This document shows, in pieces, positions 18,584-27,622 of a DNA stretch of 64,000 bases; position 1 is the first letter of the stretch; every line of letters starts with the position of its first letter. The position numbers and the translations under genes were made by a program. Source of the stretch: a virus; the IMG/VR virus record IMGVR_UViG_3300010885_020237, positions 1 through 64,000 of that record. One strand, 5' to 3'. Under the pieces are notes generated by a model that made no database searches, had not been told where the DNA came from, and saw only the letters and a list, made by a program, of their open reading frames with translations.

Positions 18584-19293
18584 AATAAATTTATTTTATG
18601 GTGTTTGTTTATCAAATACCTTGATTTATTCAGAACTCTTTCTGCTTCTGACATGCTTGAATATATTATGTCATCTATCATTATTTTTTTACCGAGTTTA
18701 TCAACTACTTCTTTAGGTCTTTTTACTCCTTTTAGAGACGATTTTATTTTATTTTTAGTTTCTTCGCTATGTATATAGCCATTATTTTTTCTTGTCTCAA
18801 TAGCTTTAGTATAACTATTTTTAGTATGATTTCCCCTTTTAACGCCTTTAAATTTATTAGATAATATTATCTTTGTTTCTTCTTTGCATTTAGGCATTTT
18901 TCTACCTTTTAAATTCTTATTTCTTTTTTCTATAGCTTCTTCTGACCAATTAAGTTTTCGACCTTTCATTTTTTTACTTATCCTTGATTTCTCATCTTTG
19001 CTTTTAGGTCCTCCTCCTCCATCTCCATTTTCTTTTTTTAAATTTGCCCAATCATTATTATCTACAATATTATAAAGATCACTATAATATAAACCTTGTT
19101 CTTTTAATAATTCTTTATCTTCAGTTTCAAATAAAATTATTGTTTTTATATCTTTAGAAGACAATTTATATTTTTTAATATGATGTAACCATCTTGTACC
19201 ACTACCTAAATATTCAAAAGGATTTTGCTCGGTTTTTCCTAAATACTTTAATCCTCTCGGACTCTCTTTTACATACAAGTATATTTTTTTCAT
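18580..19293 (-). CDS. free-standing GIY-YIG-type homing endonuclease with NUMOD3-like repeats
   Basis: IYLY...KYLGKT...YLGSG, WANL..E.G.GG, HSEETKNKI. Confidence 0.8.
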   Translation of the reverse strand: MKKIYLYVKESPRGLKYLGKTEQNPFEYLGSGTRWLHHIKKYKLSSKDIKTIILFETEDKELLKEQGLYYSDLYNIVDNNDWANLKKENGDGGGGPKSKDEKSRISKKMKGRKLNWSEEAIEKRNKNLKGRKMPKCKEETKIILSNKFKGVKRGNHTKNSYTKAIETRKNNGYIHSEETKNKIKSSLKGVKRPKEVVDKLGKKIMIDDIIYSSMSEAERVLNKSRYLINKHHKINLL

Positions 19294-19335
19294 ACTTATA
19301 AATATTAAGTATAGCTCAATAAACCATCTTTAAAA

Positions 19336-19554
19336 TTATTTATTTTCGATAACACGTTTATTTAATAACCTCTTTAATAAAAAATACAATATAAATAAAG
19401 ATCCCGAAACACAATAAAAAACGATATCTGCGGCCCAAAACGACCCAGTTATATCCATTATGAATTTGAATATTGCATCGTAACCAAAAGGCAGAAAGAA
19501 CATCGCTAACATTAGAGACATTTCTTTTAGTGTAGTTAACTGTTTTACTGTCAT
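19336..19554 (-). CDS. small two-TM membrane protein
   Basis: MFFLPFGYD, two hydrophobic segments. Confidence 0.6.
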   Translation of the reverse strand: MTVKQLTTLKEMSLMLAMFFLPFGYDAIFKFIMDITGSFWAADIVFYCVSGSLFILYFLLKRLLNKRVIENK

Positions 19555-19601
19555 CAGGATCCATAGTTTTTTTAATTACGTTAATAATAGAGATAAAAAT
19601 T

Positions 19602-19946
19602 TTAATGGTCTTTATCACTTGGTACTGCTAATAGATTAAATGGTTGAGCAAAACCATTATTATCTTCATCGTCAACTTTAGTTTTTAGATTTTGATTCTG
19701 CTCTTTTAATATATAAACTATCTTAGTTAGGGTTACAATTCTTTCTTTAGTCTTAACTAAGACTGAATCTGCTTTACGACTAGCTATTTTAATTGCTTCT
19801 TTTCTAGTCTCTTGCATGGCTCTAGATTTTTTAATCAATTCTTGATATTTGCGTTCTCTTGTTGCTTCATCACTAATTTTTTGAGTAGTTCCTAATTCGC
19901 AACTCTGTAATAAAATTAGCGATAGTATAAGTAAACGGTATTTCAT
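19602..19946 (-). CDS. lipoprotein with coiled coil (spanin-like)
   Basis: MKYRLLILSLILLQSC lipobox; start moved to 19946. Confidence 0.55.
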   Translation of the reverse strand: MKYRLLILSLILLQSCELGTTQKISDEATRERKYQELIKKSRAMQETRKEAIKIASRKADSVLVKTKERIVTLTKIVYILKEQNQNLKTKVDDEDNNGFAQPFNLLAVPSDKDH

Positions 19947-19947
19947 A

Positions 19948-20256
19948 TTAATTAGAGAGTTGATTAAGTGAAGATAGCACATCATTTTTTGCTTTTTCTG
20001 TAGCAGATAAACTAATAAGCTCCATCACTTGATTTTGTAAGGTATCGACTTTAATTTCGTATCTTTCTATTTTAAGATCTTGTCTAGCAAGCATTTCTTT
20101 ATTTGACATCTTAATGTCTACATATAAATAGCCTATAGCTATTAATACTATAAATAACATTCCTTTTACTGGATCTTTTGAAAACTCTTTAAAACTAATT
20201 GGAGGTTTAATAGTTCCGGACACCGCTTCAATTGCGCTTACTTTTTTTGCTGACAT
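19948..20256 (-). CDS. single-TM coiled-coil protein (spanin/holin-associated)
   Basis: TM LFIVLIAIGYLYVD followed by coiled coil. Confidence 0.55.
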   Translation of the reverse strand: MSAKKVSAIEAVSGTIKPPISFKEFSKDPVKGMLFIVLIAIGYLYVDIKMSNKEMLARQDLKIERYEIKVDTLQNQVMELISLSATEKAKNDVLSSLNQLSN

Positions 20257-20321
20257 TAGTTACACTTTATTTAATGTGAATTTATTTTTTGCGTAACTAC
20301 CGTAACTAGATTTATTCGTTA

Positions 20322-20744
20322 TTAGTGATGAAAATTAATTCCTGGAACAAATATTACAAGACATGATAAAACTATTACTGCTGCCGATAGAATAGATTGA
20401 TCTGTTCTATAAGTTCTTACATCTTTTTGATACTTCTTATCATATTCTTGATACAACTTAAGATTAGTCTCAAATTTATATTTTACTTCAGTATATTTAG
20501 CCCAAAGTGTATCAACTGTTTCTGCATTAATGCGATCGCTTTCTATATAATATCGTAATGAATCTTTCATTCCTTTAATCGTCTTTTCATTATTAGAGAA
20601 AGTTTCATTCATTTGTCTGCCTTGTTTTACAGTCATTATTACAACTGTATCTTTTCCTATCATTTTTGTGATCGGATATTGCGCAGAGCTTGCAAGACTT
20701 AACAACATTAGCAATAACAATAATAACCATTTTTTTACGCGCAT
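20322..20744 (-). CDS. exported/membrane protein with signal peptide and C-terminal TM
   Basis: Signal peptide ending ASSA-Q; C-terminal hydrophobic helix. Confidence 0.6.
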   Translation of the reverse strand: MRVKKWLLLLLLMLLSLASSAQYPITKMIGKDTVVIMTVKQGRQMNETFSNNEKTIKGMKDSLRYYIESDRINAETVDTLWAKYTEVKYKFETNLKLYQEYDKKYQKDVRTYRTDQSILSAAVIVLSCLVIFVPGINFHH

Positions 20745-20757
20745 AATTTATTTTTTA

Positions 20758-21360
20758 TTAGTGAGATTCATCCCAAGATTCTTTTAATAGTCCACAGTTT
20801 TGACACTCTAAATGACCATCATGATCACTATCATCCCATACATGTTTACATTGACGATGTTCATGATGTTCAAATTCTAGCTTCTCCATTTCATGTTTGT
20901 GCGCTAATTCAGATTTCTCTATTTCAAAATTCTGTTTATTTTCTATAACTGCTAAATCTCTTGCCGCTGCTGCTCCTTGAATAAATGCATCAGGAATTAA
21001 TGGAGTAAATGGTTTATTGGTCTCTTTCAATTGAGATGATGAGATACCTTTATCCATTTTTGCGGCCAATACTTCCGGACTATCGTTCTCTTCATCCATT
21101 TTGGCGACTAGTAATTTATCTTTATCTTGATCAGAAAACCAATAGTCAATGATTTTACCATAGCTACCAATAAATGCACCTAATAATAAAAGTAATAATT
21201 CTTTCCATTCTCCTGCCATTCTAGTACCTAATCCTATAGCGGCAAACATTCCAGCGATTATTAGCATAAATCCACCTAATACTAAAGCTGTAATATACCA
21301 TCTTTTGGTCATTATACTAACTAGTAAATCTTTAAATCCGCTTTCTTGTTGTTCAGCCAT
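20758..21360 (-). CDS. two-TM membrane protein with His/Cys-rich C-terminus
   Basis: Two TMs, IIDYWF, CKHVW...CQNCG. Confidence 0.6.
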   Translation of the reverse strand: MAEQQESGFKDLLVSIMTKRWYITALVLGGFMLIIAGMFAAIGLGTRMAGEWKELLLLLLGAFIGSYGKIIDYWFSDQDKDKLLVAKMDEENDSPEVLAAKMDKGISSSQLKETNKPFTPLIPDAFIQGAAAARDLAVIENKQNFEIEKSELAHKHEMEKLEFEHHEHRQCKHVWDDSDHDGHLECQNCGLLKESWDESH

Positions 21361-21395
21361 GATATATTAGTCTATTTTATGTATATAAATATCAG

Positions 21396-21656
21396 TTATT
21401 TAGCCATGGATAACAGATTAGTTAACTGACTAGCGCTCATTGCGCCTGATGATCTATGTTTTATTTGATTTGTAGTATCGTCTATAATAATTAAAGTGGG
21501 AACAGAATTAACGTTATACTGTTGTGCCATAGAACCCTGTGTATCAACGTCTACATAATTAATTGCTACTCCTAATTGAGCTGCTGTTTGTTGTAATACT
21601 GGCTTGAATGTTTTACATGGTCCGCACCATTGGGCGGAAAAATACAATACTGACAT
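21396..21656 (-). CDS. trxA: thioredoxin
   Basis: FSAQWCGPCK, SVPT. Confidence 0.92.
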   Translation of the reverse strand: MSVLYFSAQWCGPCKTFKPVLQQTAAQLGVAINYVDVDTQGSMAQQYNVNSVPTLIIIDDTTNQIKHRSSGAMSASQLTNLLSMAK

Positions 21657-21667
21657 AATCTATTTAT

Positions 21668-22309
21668 TTAAAATTTAAAACCTGTTAATTTTTCTATATC
21701 TCTTACAGTCACTTCATGTGAATGAACACCTGTAGGTTTATCTGGAGTATTATTAAATTCAAATGCGTACCATTGCTTTGTTTTTATAACATATATAACC
21801 TTCCAACATTTTGTTGGTACAGCTACTCTATGGACACCTATTTGTTTTGCAATCCCAAGACTTCCACACCACACATGAACAGAGTCATTTGTTTTAGCTA
21901 AATCTCTTTCAAATACTTCTACTGATTTCCAATCTCCTGCATTTAATGAATGATACTGTGCAGTCATATTACTAAAATAGAAACATTCATCTTGAACTTC
22001 TGGAGTTTGGCATTGATTTTCAGCAGCTGGTATATTATGGCCTCGATCTAGACCGCTTCCGACATAATCAGCTGCTAAACTAGTTTCAGACACTAATTGT
22101 GGATCAGGTTTAAAGTTATCTTTTCTAGCTAATGGTGTAGGGCATCCAACTTTTGCTTTAGTAATCCACCACTCTACTAATACTGGATATTTCAATAGCG
22201 TAGAATATACAGCTGTGTAATTAGTGTGTTTTAAACGCACTGTATCTTGAGAGTGTACTTTCGTTAACGCAGTTAACAAAACCAATACAATTATTAGCAT
22301 ATTTTTCAT
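21668..22309 (-). CDS. DNA/RNA non-specific endonuclease (NucA/EndoG family) with signal peptide
   Basis: SGLDRGH, FYFSNM..Q...LN.G.W; start MKNMLIIVLVLL at 22309. Confidence 0.9.
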   Translation of the reverse strand: MKNMLIIVLVLLTALTKVHSQDTVRLKHTNYTAVYSTLLKYPVLVEWWITKAKVGCPTPLARKDNFKPDPQLVSETSLAADYVGSGLDRGHNIPAAENQCQTPEVQDECFYFSNMTAQYHSLNAGDWKSVEVFERDLAKTNDSVHVWCGSLGIAKQIGVHRVAVPTKCWKVIYVIKTKQWYAFEFNNTPDKPTGVHSHEVTVRDIEKLTGFKF

Positions 22310-22328
22310 GCTTATAAATATATGTATT

Positions 22329-23093
22329 CTATAATTGGAATATAGAAAAATTGTCTTCACTATCCATAAGTATAGCTGTTCTATTTTCTACCCAATCTCC
22401 AGAATTTAAATACATATTATTGCCAATAGAATAAATTCCAGGCTGATGAATATGTCCACAAATAGCTCCATAACAATCTCTTTTTTTAGCCATTTCTACA
22501 GCTGCAGTTTCAAAATCATTAATATAATTAGTTGCAGCCTTTACTCCAGCTTTAATGTCCTTTGATATAGATTGATATGGCAATTTCATTGCTGATCTAT
22601 ACCTATTATACCACCTATTACACCAGAGCGCGAGGTCATATCCAATTGATCCAAGCTTAGCAATCCATTTATACTTTGTAATAAAGACGTCTATGATATC
22701 CCCATGAAACACTAGATAATTTCTCTTTTTATATACATCATCAGTGATCCATTTTTTTGTTTCTATAATATGATCTTCCTTAATCTGTATATTACCGAAA
22801 CTATTGCCTATAAATTCACTAAGAAATTCATCATGATTACCTCTAATCCAAATAATTTTAGTGCTATTTGAAAGCTTCAATATTTTTGAAATAACTTTCG
22901 TATGCTGTTTTTTCCACTTAGATCCTCTATTTAAAGCCCAACCATCTACGATATCACCATTTAAGATGAGTAAATCAGTTGGATGATTATCCAAGAATTC
23001 TATAAAATCTTTAGCTTTACTATCTAGTGTACCAAGATGTAAATCACTAACTATTACGGCCTTGTACTTTTTGATCCCAGTAGTTGTAATCAT
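22329..23093 (-). CDS. metallophosphoesterase, UDP-2,3-diacylglucosamine hydrolase (LpxH)-like
   Basis: SDLHLG, LNGDIVD, RGNHD, FHGD, CGHIH, NSGDWVE. Confidence 0.85.
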   Translation of the reverse strand: MITTTGIKKYKAVIVSDLHLGTLDSKAKDFIEFLDNHPTDLLILNGDIVDGWALNRGSKWKKQHTKVISKILKLSNSTKIIWIRGNHDEFLSEFIGNSFGNIQIKEDHIIETKKWITDDVYKKRNYLVFHGDIIDVFITKYKWIAKLGSIGYDLALWCNRWYNRYRSAMKLPYQSISKDIKAGVKAATNYINDFETAAVEMAKKRDCYGAICGHIHQPGIYSIGNNMYLNSGDWVENRTAILMDSEDNFSIFQL

Positions 23094-23769
23094 GCTTAAA
23101 AAATTCGTCGTTATTTCTATTTATCCAACAATTAAAAGCCAATTTTATCATATACCATACACCTTTTTTCGCAAATCGTCTACCTGGAGTATAAGCATAT
23201 ACATTGATAACTTTAAACTTGCTAGGTTTAATTTTCGAGCTGAGATGATAATCCTCAGCAATTTTATCTTCTTCATTAAATCCGCCTAATTTTTTAAATA
23301 TGTCTGTTTTAAATAACATAAAACCACCAATTGCAAATGGTTTTGTTTTTGAGCTAATCCATTGTATTACTTCGAATGCTCTATATACCCAATCAAATTC
23401 TTTTTCTAATGTTTTGAATTTGCATGTAACTAAATCATAATCACCTCCTACTATAATTCTCATACATTGAGCTATTATATCGACTTGCTGTAGATATATA
23501 TCTGCATCGATGAAAAGTACGTATGGGGTTTTTACAAATTTAGCACCATTATTTCTTGCCACTGCAGGTAAACCTCCTTTAACAATTTTTATTGTTTTAG
23601 AATTACTCTCTTGATATTTTTTTAAAAGCCTAATAGAACCTTCCTCATCTGATGAATCGGCTATTATAATTTGGCAATCTAATCTTTGATTTTGTATAAG
23701 CTTAATAATGTCTATAACGCCTCTTCCTTCATTCTTACATGGAATTACTATAGTTAGTTGAGCATTCAT
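23047..23769 (-). CDS. glycosyltransferase family 2
   Basis: VIPCKNE, ARNNGA, FIDAD, GGFNE, AEDY. Confidence 0.9.
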   Translation of the reverse strand: MNAQLTIVIPCKNEGRGVIDIIKLIQNQRLDCQIIIADSSDEEGSIRLLKKYQESNSKTIKIVKGGLPAVARNNGAKFVKTPYVLFIDADIYLQQVDIIAQCMRIIVGGDYDLVTCKFKTLEKEFDWVYRAFEVIQWISSKTKPFAIGGFMLFKTDIFKKLGGFNEEDKIAEDYHLSSKIKPSKFKVINVYAYTPGRRFAKKGVWYMIKLAFNCWINRNNDEFFKHDYNYWDQKVQGRNS

Positions 23770-23783
23770 ACATATAAATATGA

Positions 23784-24368
23784 TTACTTATGCTTCTTTT
23801 TGACTATTCGCTTCTTTGTATTCTTTTTATGTGATACTTTGCGAATGCTACTTTTAGGTTCTACTTCATCTAAGTTCAGTTGCTTTATTATTGCTTTAAG
23901 TTGATTGCTATAACTTTTACCCATTTCAGAGTATATTTGATCTACGAATGTATAATACTCATCTTCAGATTTAATATTTAGTACATCATTTCTAACAGAT
24001 AACATCAAGTAATAATCTATTATACTAAGTTCCCATTTTTGATAGTGCGCGTATCCATTTATTGATGAATCTGATGTTGTCACTCTAGTATTAGGGGACT
24101 TCATTCCAAAGATATTATTATTAACTTTGAAATTTTTAGATTGAAACCACCCAGTTTCTAATATGCCTTGAGCTATGACAATCTTTTTATATTTAAAAGG
24201 CAATGTGTATACTGCGCTTATAAGCTTATTAACTGTAATACTATCGTCTTTTTGTTTTGTTGGTATTCTTGTTGATCCAACTGATAGGTTAGTACTAATT
24301 ACTATTAGAAGTAGTATGATGCTTATTATCTTCATTCTATTCAGTTTCATGTTCAAAATACTGTTCAA
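23784..24368 (-). CDS. GH73-type glucosaminidase (endolysin candidate) with N-terminal signal/TM
   Basis: AQGILETGW, NNIFGMK, GYAHY; Lys-rich tail. Confidence 0.8.
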   Translation of the reverse strand: MNSILNMKLNRMKIISIILLLIVISTNLSVGSTRIPTKQKDDSITVNKLISAVYTLPFKYKKIVIAQGILETGWFQSKNFKVNNNIFGMKSPNTRVTTSDSSINGYAHYQKWELSIIDYYLMLSVRNDVLNIKSEDEYYTFVDQIYSEMGKSYSNQLKAIIKQLNLDEVEPKSSIRKVSHKKNTKKRIVKKKHK

Positions 24369-24588
24369 ATTCTTTTGCTACTTTTGGATTAACTTCTTTT
24401 AAATGCTCTTGTGTTAATTCATATCGTCCTAATTCTGCATTAAGATTAAATAGCGAATCATGCATAGACTCATTTAATTCTGAGGCTTGCTTTTTTAATT
24501 GTGTGATTTGATTACGTTGATCATTAATTGTGTATAATAATAATCCAGCTGCTACTAAGCTTAATAAGCCATTAATGTAATTTTTCAT
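24337..24588 (-). CDS. single-TM coiled-coil protein
   Basis: N-terminal TM, coiled coil. Confidence 0.6.
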   Translation of the reverse strand: MKNYINGLLSLVAAGLLLYTINDQRNQITQLKKQASELNESMHDSLFNLNAELGRYELTQEHLKEVNPKVAKEFEQYFEHETE

Positions 24589-24604
24589 AGTATTTTTTAT
24601 TTAA

Positions 24605-25192
24605 TTAATCCCACCAATTGGCAGATTTTTGTTTAAGTATTTCAAATATTAAATTGCGACATCTTGTTTCATTGTATATACTAACTCTCGTAGAGATATG
24701 ATCAGAGTCATATTTTTCATTTCTATATTTCTTAAGAATTTTTCTTGTAGCAGATGGATATAAGTCCAAATATAGATCTAAATGATCTTCTACTATATTC
24801 ATATTCCATTCTCTTGATCCATATTGATCAGGTTCACTAAAGCTATCTTCTATTTTACAATAGTCATATTTTTCTAAACTATAATAGCTATGAAGTTCTC
24901 TTTCTATTAGATTAAGAACCACTGTCATCCAAAAATTGTCATTATCGATATTAGTGTGTCTATTAGCATTTACTAATTCTGCTCTTTGATGTTCAATCTT
25001 TTTCTGTAAAATAATAAGAATGAAAGCATCATCCCAATCTTTGTCATTATAAAGAGTTGGAATCCACCGAATAATATTCCAAACACCTTGGAAAAAATAT
25101 CTAATTCTCCAGTGAACATATTTTCCCCATTTAAATCTAGTGTTGTCCCATGCAGAATCTTTGGGCACAATTAATTTATTGTACTTTTTCAT
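24605..25192 (-). CDS. hypothetical phage protein
   Basis: 195 aa; W.P.LY.D.DWD and terminal WWD motif common in phage proteins. Confidence 0.7.
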   Translation of the reverse strand: MKKYNKLIVPKDSAWDNTRFKWGKYVHWRIRYFFQGVWNIIRWIPTLYNDKDWDDAFILIILQKKIEHQRAELVNANRHTNIDNDNFWMTVVLNLIERELHSYYSLEKYDYCKIEDSFSEPDQYGSREWNMNIVEDHLDLYLDLYPSATRKILKKYRNEKYDSDHISTRVSIYNETRCRNLIFEILKQKSANWWD

Positions 25193-25637
25193 CTTTCTTT
25201 AGTTTTTTAACATGATCATATAGGTCTAACAGAGTTCCATCGAAGTTTTCCATTATGCTGGTCAGCTCTTCTCTTTGTACATTGAATGTTTTACGGAAGT
25301 CAGAATAAATCTTAGCCATGAGCTCCTTTTCATTCTTCTGATAATCTTCGTTTAATCTTCTAGCTCGCTCTAAACAAAGACCAGCAATTTCATGTCTTTC
25401 ATCAGGATGTTTAATACCCACAAGTTTATCTTTCATTAAATAAAACTCGTGTTCCATTTGATATAAATAATCAGATGGATCGTAATCACCGTGTTTAATC
25501 TTTTCGTAAAGTGGAGTTTTTTTATCTAATTCTTTTCGAGTCTCGTATCTACGCCACCAATAATATTTATTGTATTTGGTTGGGTTTAAACATTGTAATT
25601 GTGACTCGATAAATGATCTATCGCAGAATGCTTGCAT
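25176..25637 (-). CDS. hypothetical protein
   Basis: 153 aa ORF downstream of TATATTTG promoter. Confidence 0.7.
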   Translation of the reverse strand: MQAFCDRSFIESQLQCLNPTKYNKYYWWRRYETRKELDKKTPLYEKIKHGDYDPSDYLYQMEHEFYLMKDKLVGIKHPDERHEIAGLCLERARRLNEDYQKNEKELMAKIYSDFRKTFNVQREELTSIMENFDGTLLDLYDHVKKLKKDEKVQ

Positions 25638-25654
25638 AACTTTTATTTATAGAT

Positions 25655-25687
25655 CAAATATACCCCTTATTATTGACTATAGGAAAT
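25655..25687 (-). promoter_or_regulatory. Bacteroidota-type -7 promoter (TATATTTG) within repeat copy 2
   Basis: caaatata on + at 25655-25662 matches TAnnTTTG; also at 15244, 16684, 36370, 46279. Confidence 0.6.
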
Positions 25688-26329
25688 TTAAAATTCGAGT
25701 AGACTGTAATGTCTTGGATACACATGTAAATTAGTGATAGCCCAGTGCATTTGTCCTATTTCATAACCAGTTTCTAGTGATACTTTTTCCATTAGCTTTG
25801 CGAATGTATATTGATCATTTGAGAAACCAAATACTAAGTCTATTGATCTTGCGAATACTGTTAGATGCAATCGATTATCTTTAACATAGAAATTAAGCAC
25901 ATCATTACATGGAGTATCGTATTTGTATCTGTCTAATTCGTGTAGTATATAATGAACCACAATTGCTTTACGGGTTTCTGGATTGGATTTTAAATCTTGA
26001 ATGACTCTTTTTAGTTGATCATTATAGTTCCAAAAATAGCCATAATTTGAATTGACTTCTGTTGTACCAGGTACCATCATCTGTTTCCAGATCTTTGCTT
26101 TCTCTCCAATCTCTTTAGCGTCTCTATCTCCTTTAAGATACCAGTCCCATTCAAAGTCAGCGTAATCTAAATTAAACTTTCTTTCAGGAGTTGTGATAAT
26201 CTTATCTTCAGGATACAATAGAGTAAATGATTCATTGAAGATCGCTTTAGTACCTGCGTAATCTTCTCCTTCTGTCATTATCTTTTCATAGATAGCTTCA
26301 AATGCATAAGTTGCGTTATTGTACTTCAT
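25688..26329 (-). CDS. thymidylate synthase superfamily enzyme, dCMP hydroxymethylase-like
   Basis: VNSNYG, DTPCN (catalytic C), RSIDLVFGFSND (Asp at E. coli TS Asn177 position, as in T4 gp42), NLHVY. Confidence 0.8.
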   Translation of the reverse strand: MKYNNATYAFEAIYEKIMTEGEDYAGTKAIFNESFTLLYPEDKIITTPERKFNLDYADFEWDWYLKGDRDAKEIGEKAKIWKQMMVPGTTEVNSNYGYFWNYNDQLKRVIQDLKSNPETRKAIVVHYILHELDRYKYDTPCNDVLNFYVKDNRLHLTVFARSIDLVFGFSNDQYTFAKLMEKVSLETGYEIGQMHWAITNLHVYPRHYSLLEF

Positions 26330-26888
26330 ACTTTTCTACTTTAATAAATTGTTTTAAAAATTCTACACTACCGTTATCTCGATAGAATAGGTCTAAATAT
26401 ACTACTCTTTTTACACCTGATTGTAAAATAAGTTTCGCGCAATCTTTGCATGGGGAAAGAGTTAAATACATAGTAGTGCCATCAGTAGATAAGCCCATTT
26501 TTGCGGCTTTAAGAATACAATTAGATTCTGCGTGCAATACTTCTGATTTAGATACTAATTTAAATCTTCCATCATTATCTTCAAAAGGATACATAGCTAA
26601 TATAGTCTCATGATCGATCCATCCTCCCTCAGTTCCATTCGCATATAACTTATCTTCGCAGCAATTTTCCATTCCGCTTGGAGTTCCATTATAACCAAAA
26701 CTAATCACATTACCGGACTTTACCAAAACTGCACCAACTTTAGCTCTAGTGCAGTATGATAATGTTCCAATTTGTTTTGCTATCTCAATAAAAACTTTAT
26801 CAAGCTTATCTTGTTTCTTTCTCCTAATGAGTGCCGGTGCTTCCAAATCCACCTGATCCTCTTTGGGTATTTCTTGATTGTAATTCAT
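26316..26888 (-). CDS. dCMP deaminase
   Basis: VGAVLVK, GYNGTPSG, LHAESN, LSPCKDC; start uncertain. Confidence 0.92.
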   Translation of the reverse strand: MNYNQEIPKEDQVDLEAPALIRRKKQDKLDKVFIEIAKQIGTLSYCTRAKVGAVLVKSGNVISFGYNGTPSGMENCCEDKLYANGTEGGWIDHETILAMYPFEDNDGRFKLVSKSEVLHAESNCILKAAKMGLSTDGTTMYLTLSPCKDCAKLILQSGVKRVVYLDLFYRDNGSVEFLKQFIKVEKYEVQ

Positions 26889-27255
26889 CTACTAATTCTA
26901 TATTTTCGTAACTAACTGGTATTAACACTAATTGAATTAACTTCATGCCTGGTTCGATCTTTACAGTTCCATGAGTAATCTTAGTAACATGTAAATGAAT
27001 TTCGCCTTCATAATCTTCATCTACTACTTGAGCACCTACTTGTAATCCTAATTTTGTAGCTACGCCGCTTTTATTTAAAGCTAACCACATATATCCAGTA
27101 GGAATGCTAGCTTTTATTCCAGATGGAACTAATACGCTATCTCCAATACCTATAATTTTCGTAGTAAAATCTTCGGGCACATAAAAATCTATACCTGCTG
27201 ATTCAGGAGTTCCTCTGTTTGGAGTTTTAACCTCTCTTACTTTTTGTATTTTCAT
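26824..27255 (-). CDS. dut: trimeric dUTPase
   Basis: SAGIDF, KSG, VVDEDYEGEI, RGSGGFGSTG. Confidence 0.92.
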   Translation of the reverse strand: MKIQKVREVKTPNRGTPESAGIDFYVPEDFTTKIIGIGDSVLVPSGIKASIPTGYMWLALNKSGVATKLGLQVGAQVVDEDYEGEIHLHVTKITHGTVKIEPGMKLIQLVLIPVSYENIELVDELQSRNTQRGSGGFGSTGTH

Positions 27256-27264
27256 CTTTATTTT

Positions 27265-27573
27265 TTAATTACTACTGGTGTTACCTCTGGCGGTATTAAA
27301 TTCGCGATCGGCAAACATATTCTTATATTCATTTAATGCAGCCATATAAGCCACCGCGTCTAATAGATTGTCTTCTTTGTGATTATAAGACTGTCTGGAC
27401 AGCTTCAATGCAATCATACAATTAAACATATCAGCCGTAGTAATTTCTTTCCTAGACATAAGGGATGCTATTTTGGCTGATTCCATCATACCTTCTATGA
27501 ATGGTCCATATTGCCTTTCTTTTTCTTCATTACGCTCGAAAACTATTTCGTTTGCTTTTGTTAAGATATTCAT
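27265..27573 (-). CDS. DUF6378-like protein
   Basis: R...YG.F, MIALKLSR...K.DNLLD..AY. Confidence 0.65.
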   Translation of the reverse strand: MNILTKANEIVFERNEEKERQYGPFIEGMMESAKIASLMSRKEITTADMFNCMIALKLSRQSYNHKEDNLLDAVAYMAALNEYKNMFADREFNTARGNTSSN

Positions 27574-27622
27574 ATTTTATTTTTATTATACTAATATACT
27601 GATTCTTTGCTTACAATATCAA

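Noticed and set aside
19358-19618. 86-aa minus ORF overlapping 19336..19554, and 24973..25170 inside 24605..25192
   Set aside because: Alternative frames overlapping better-supported genes
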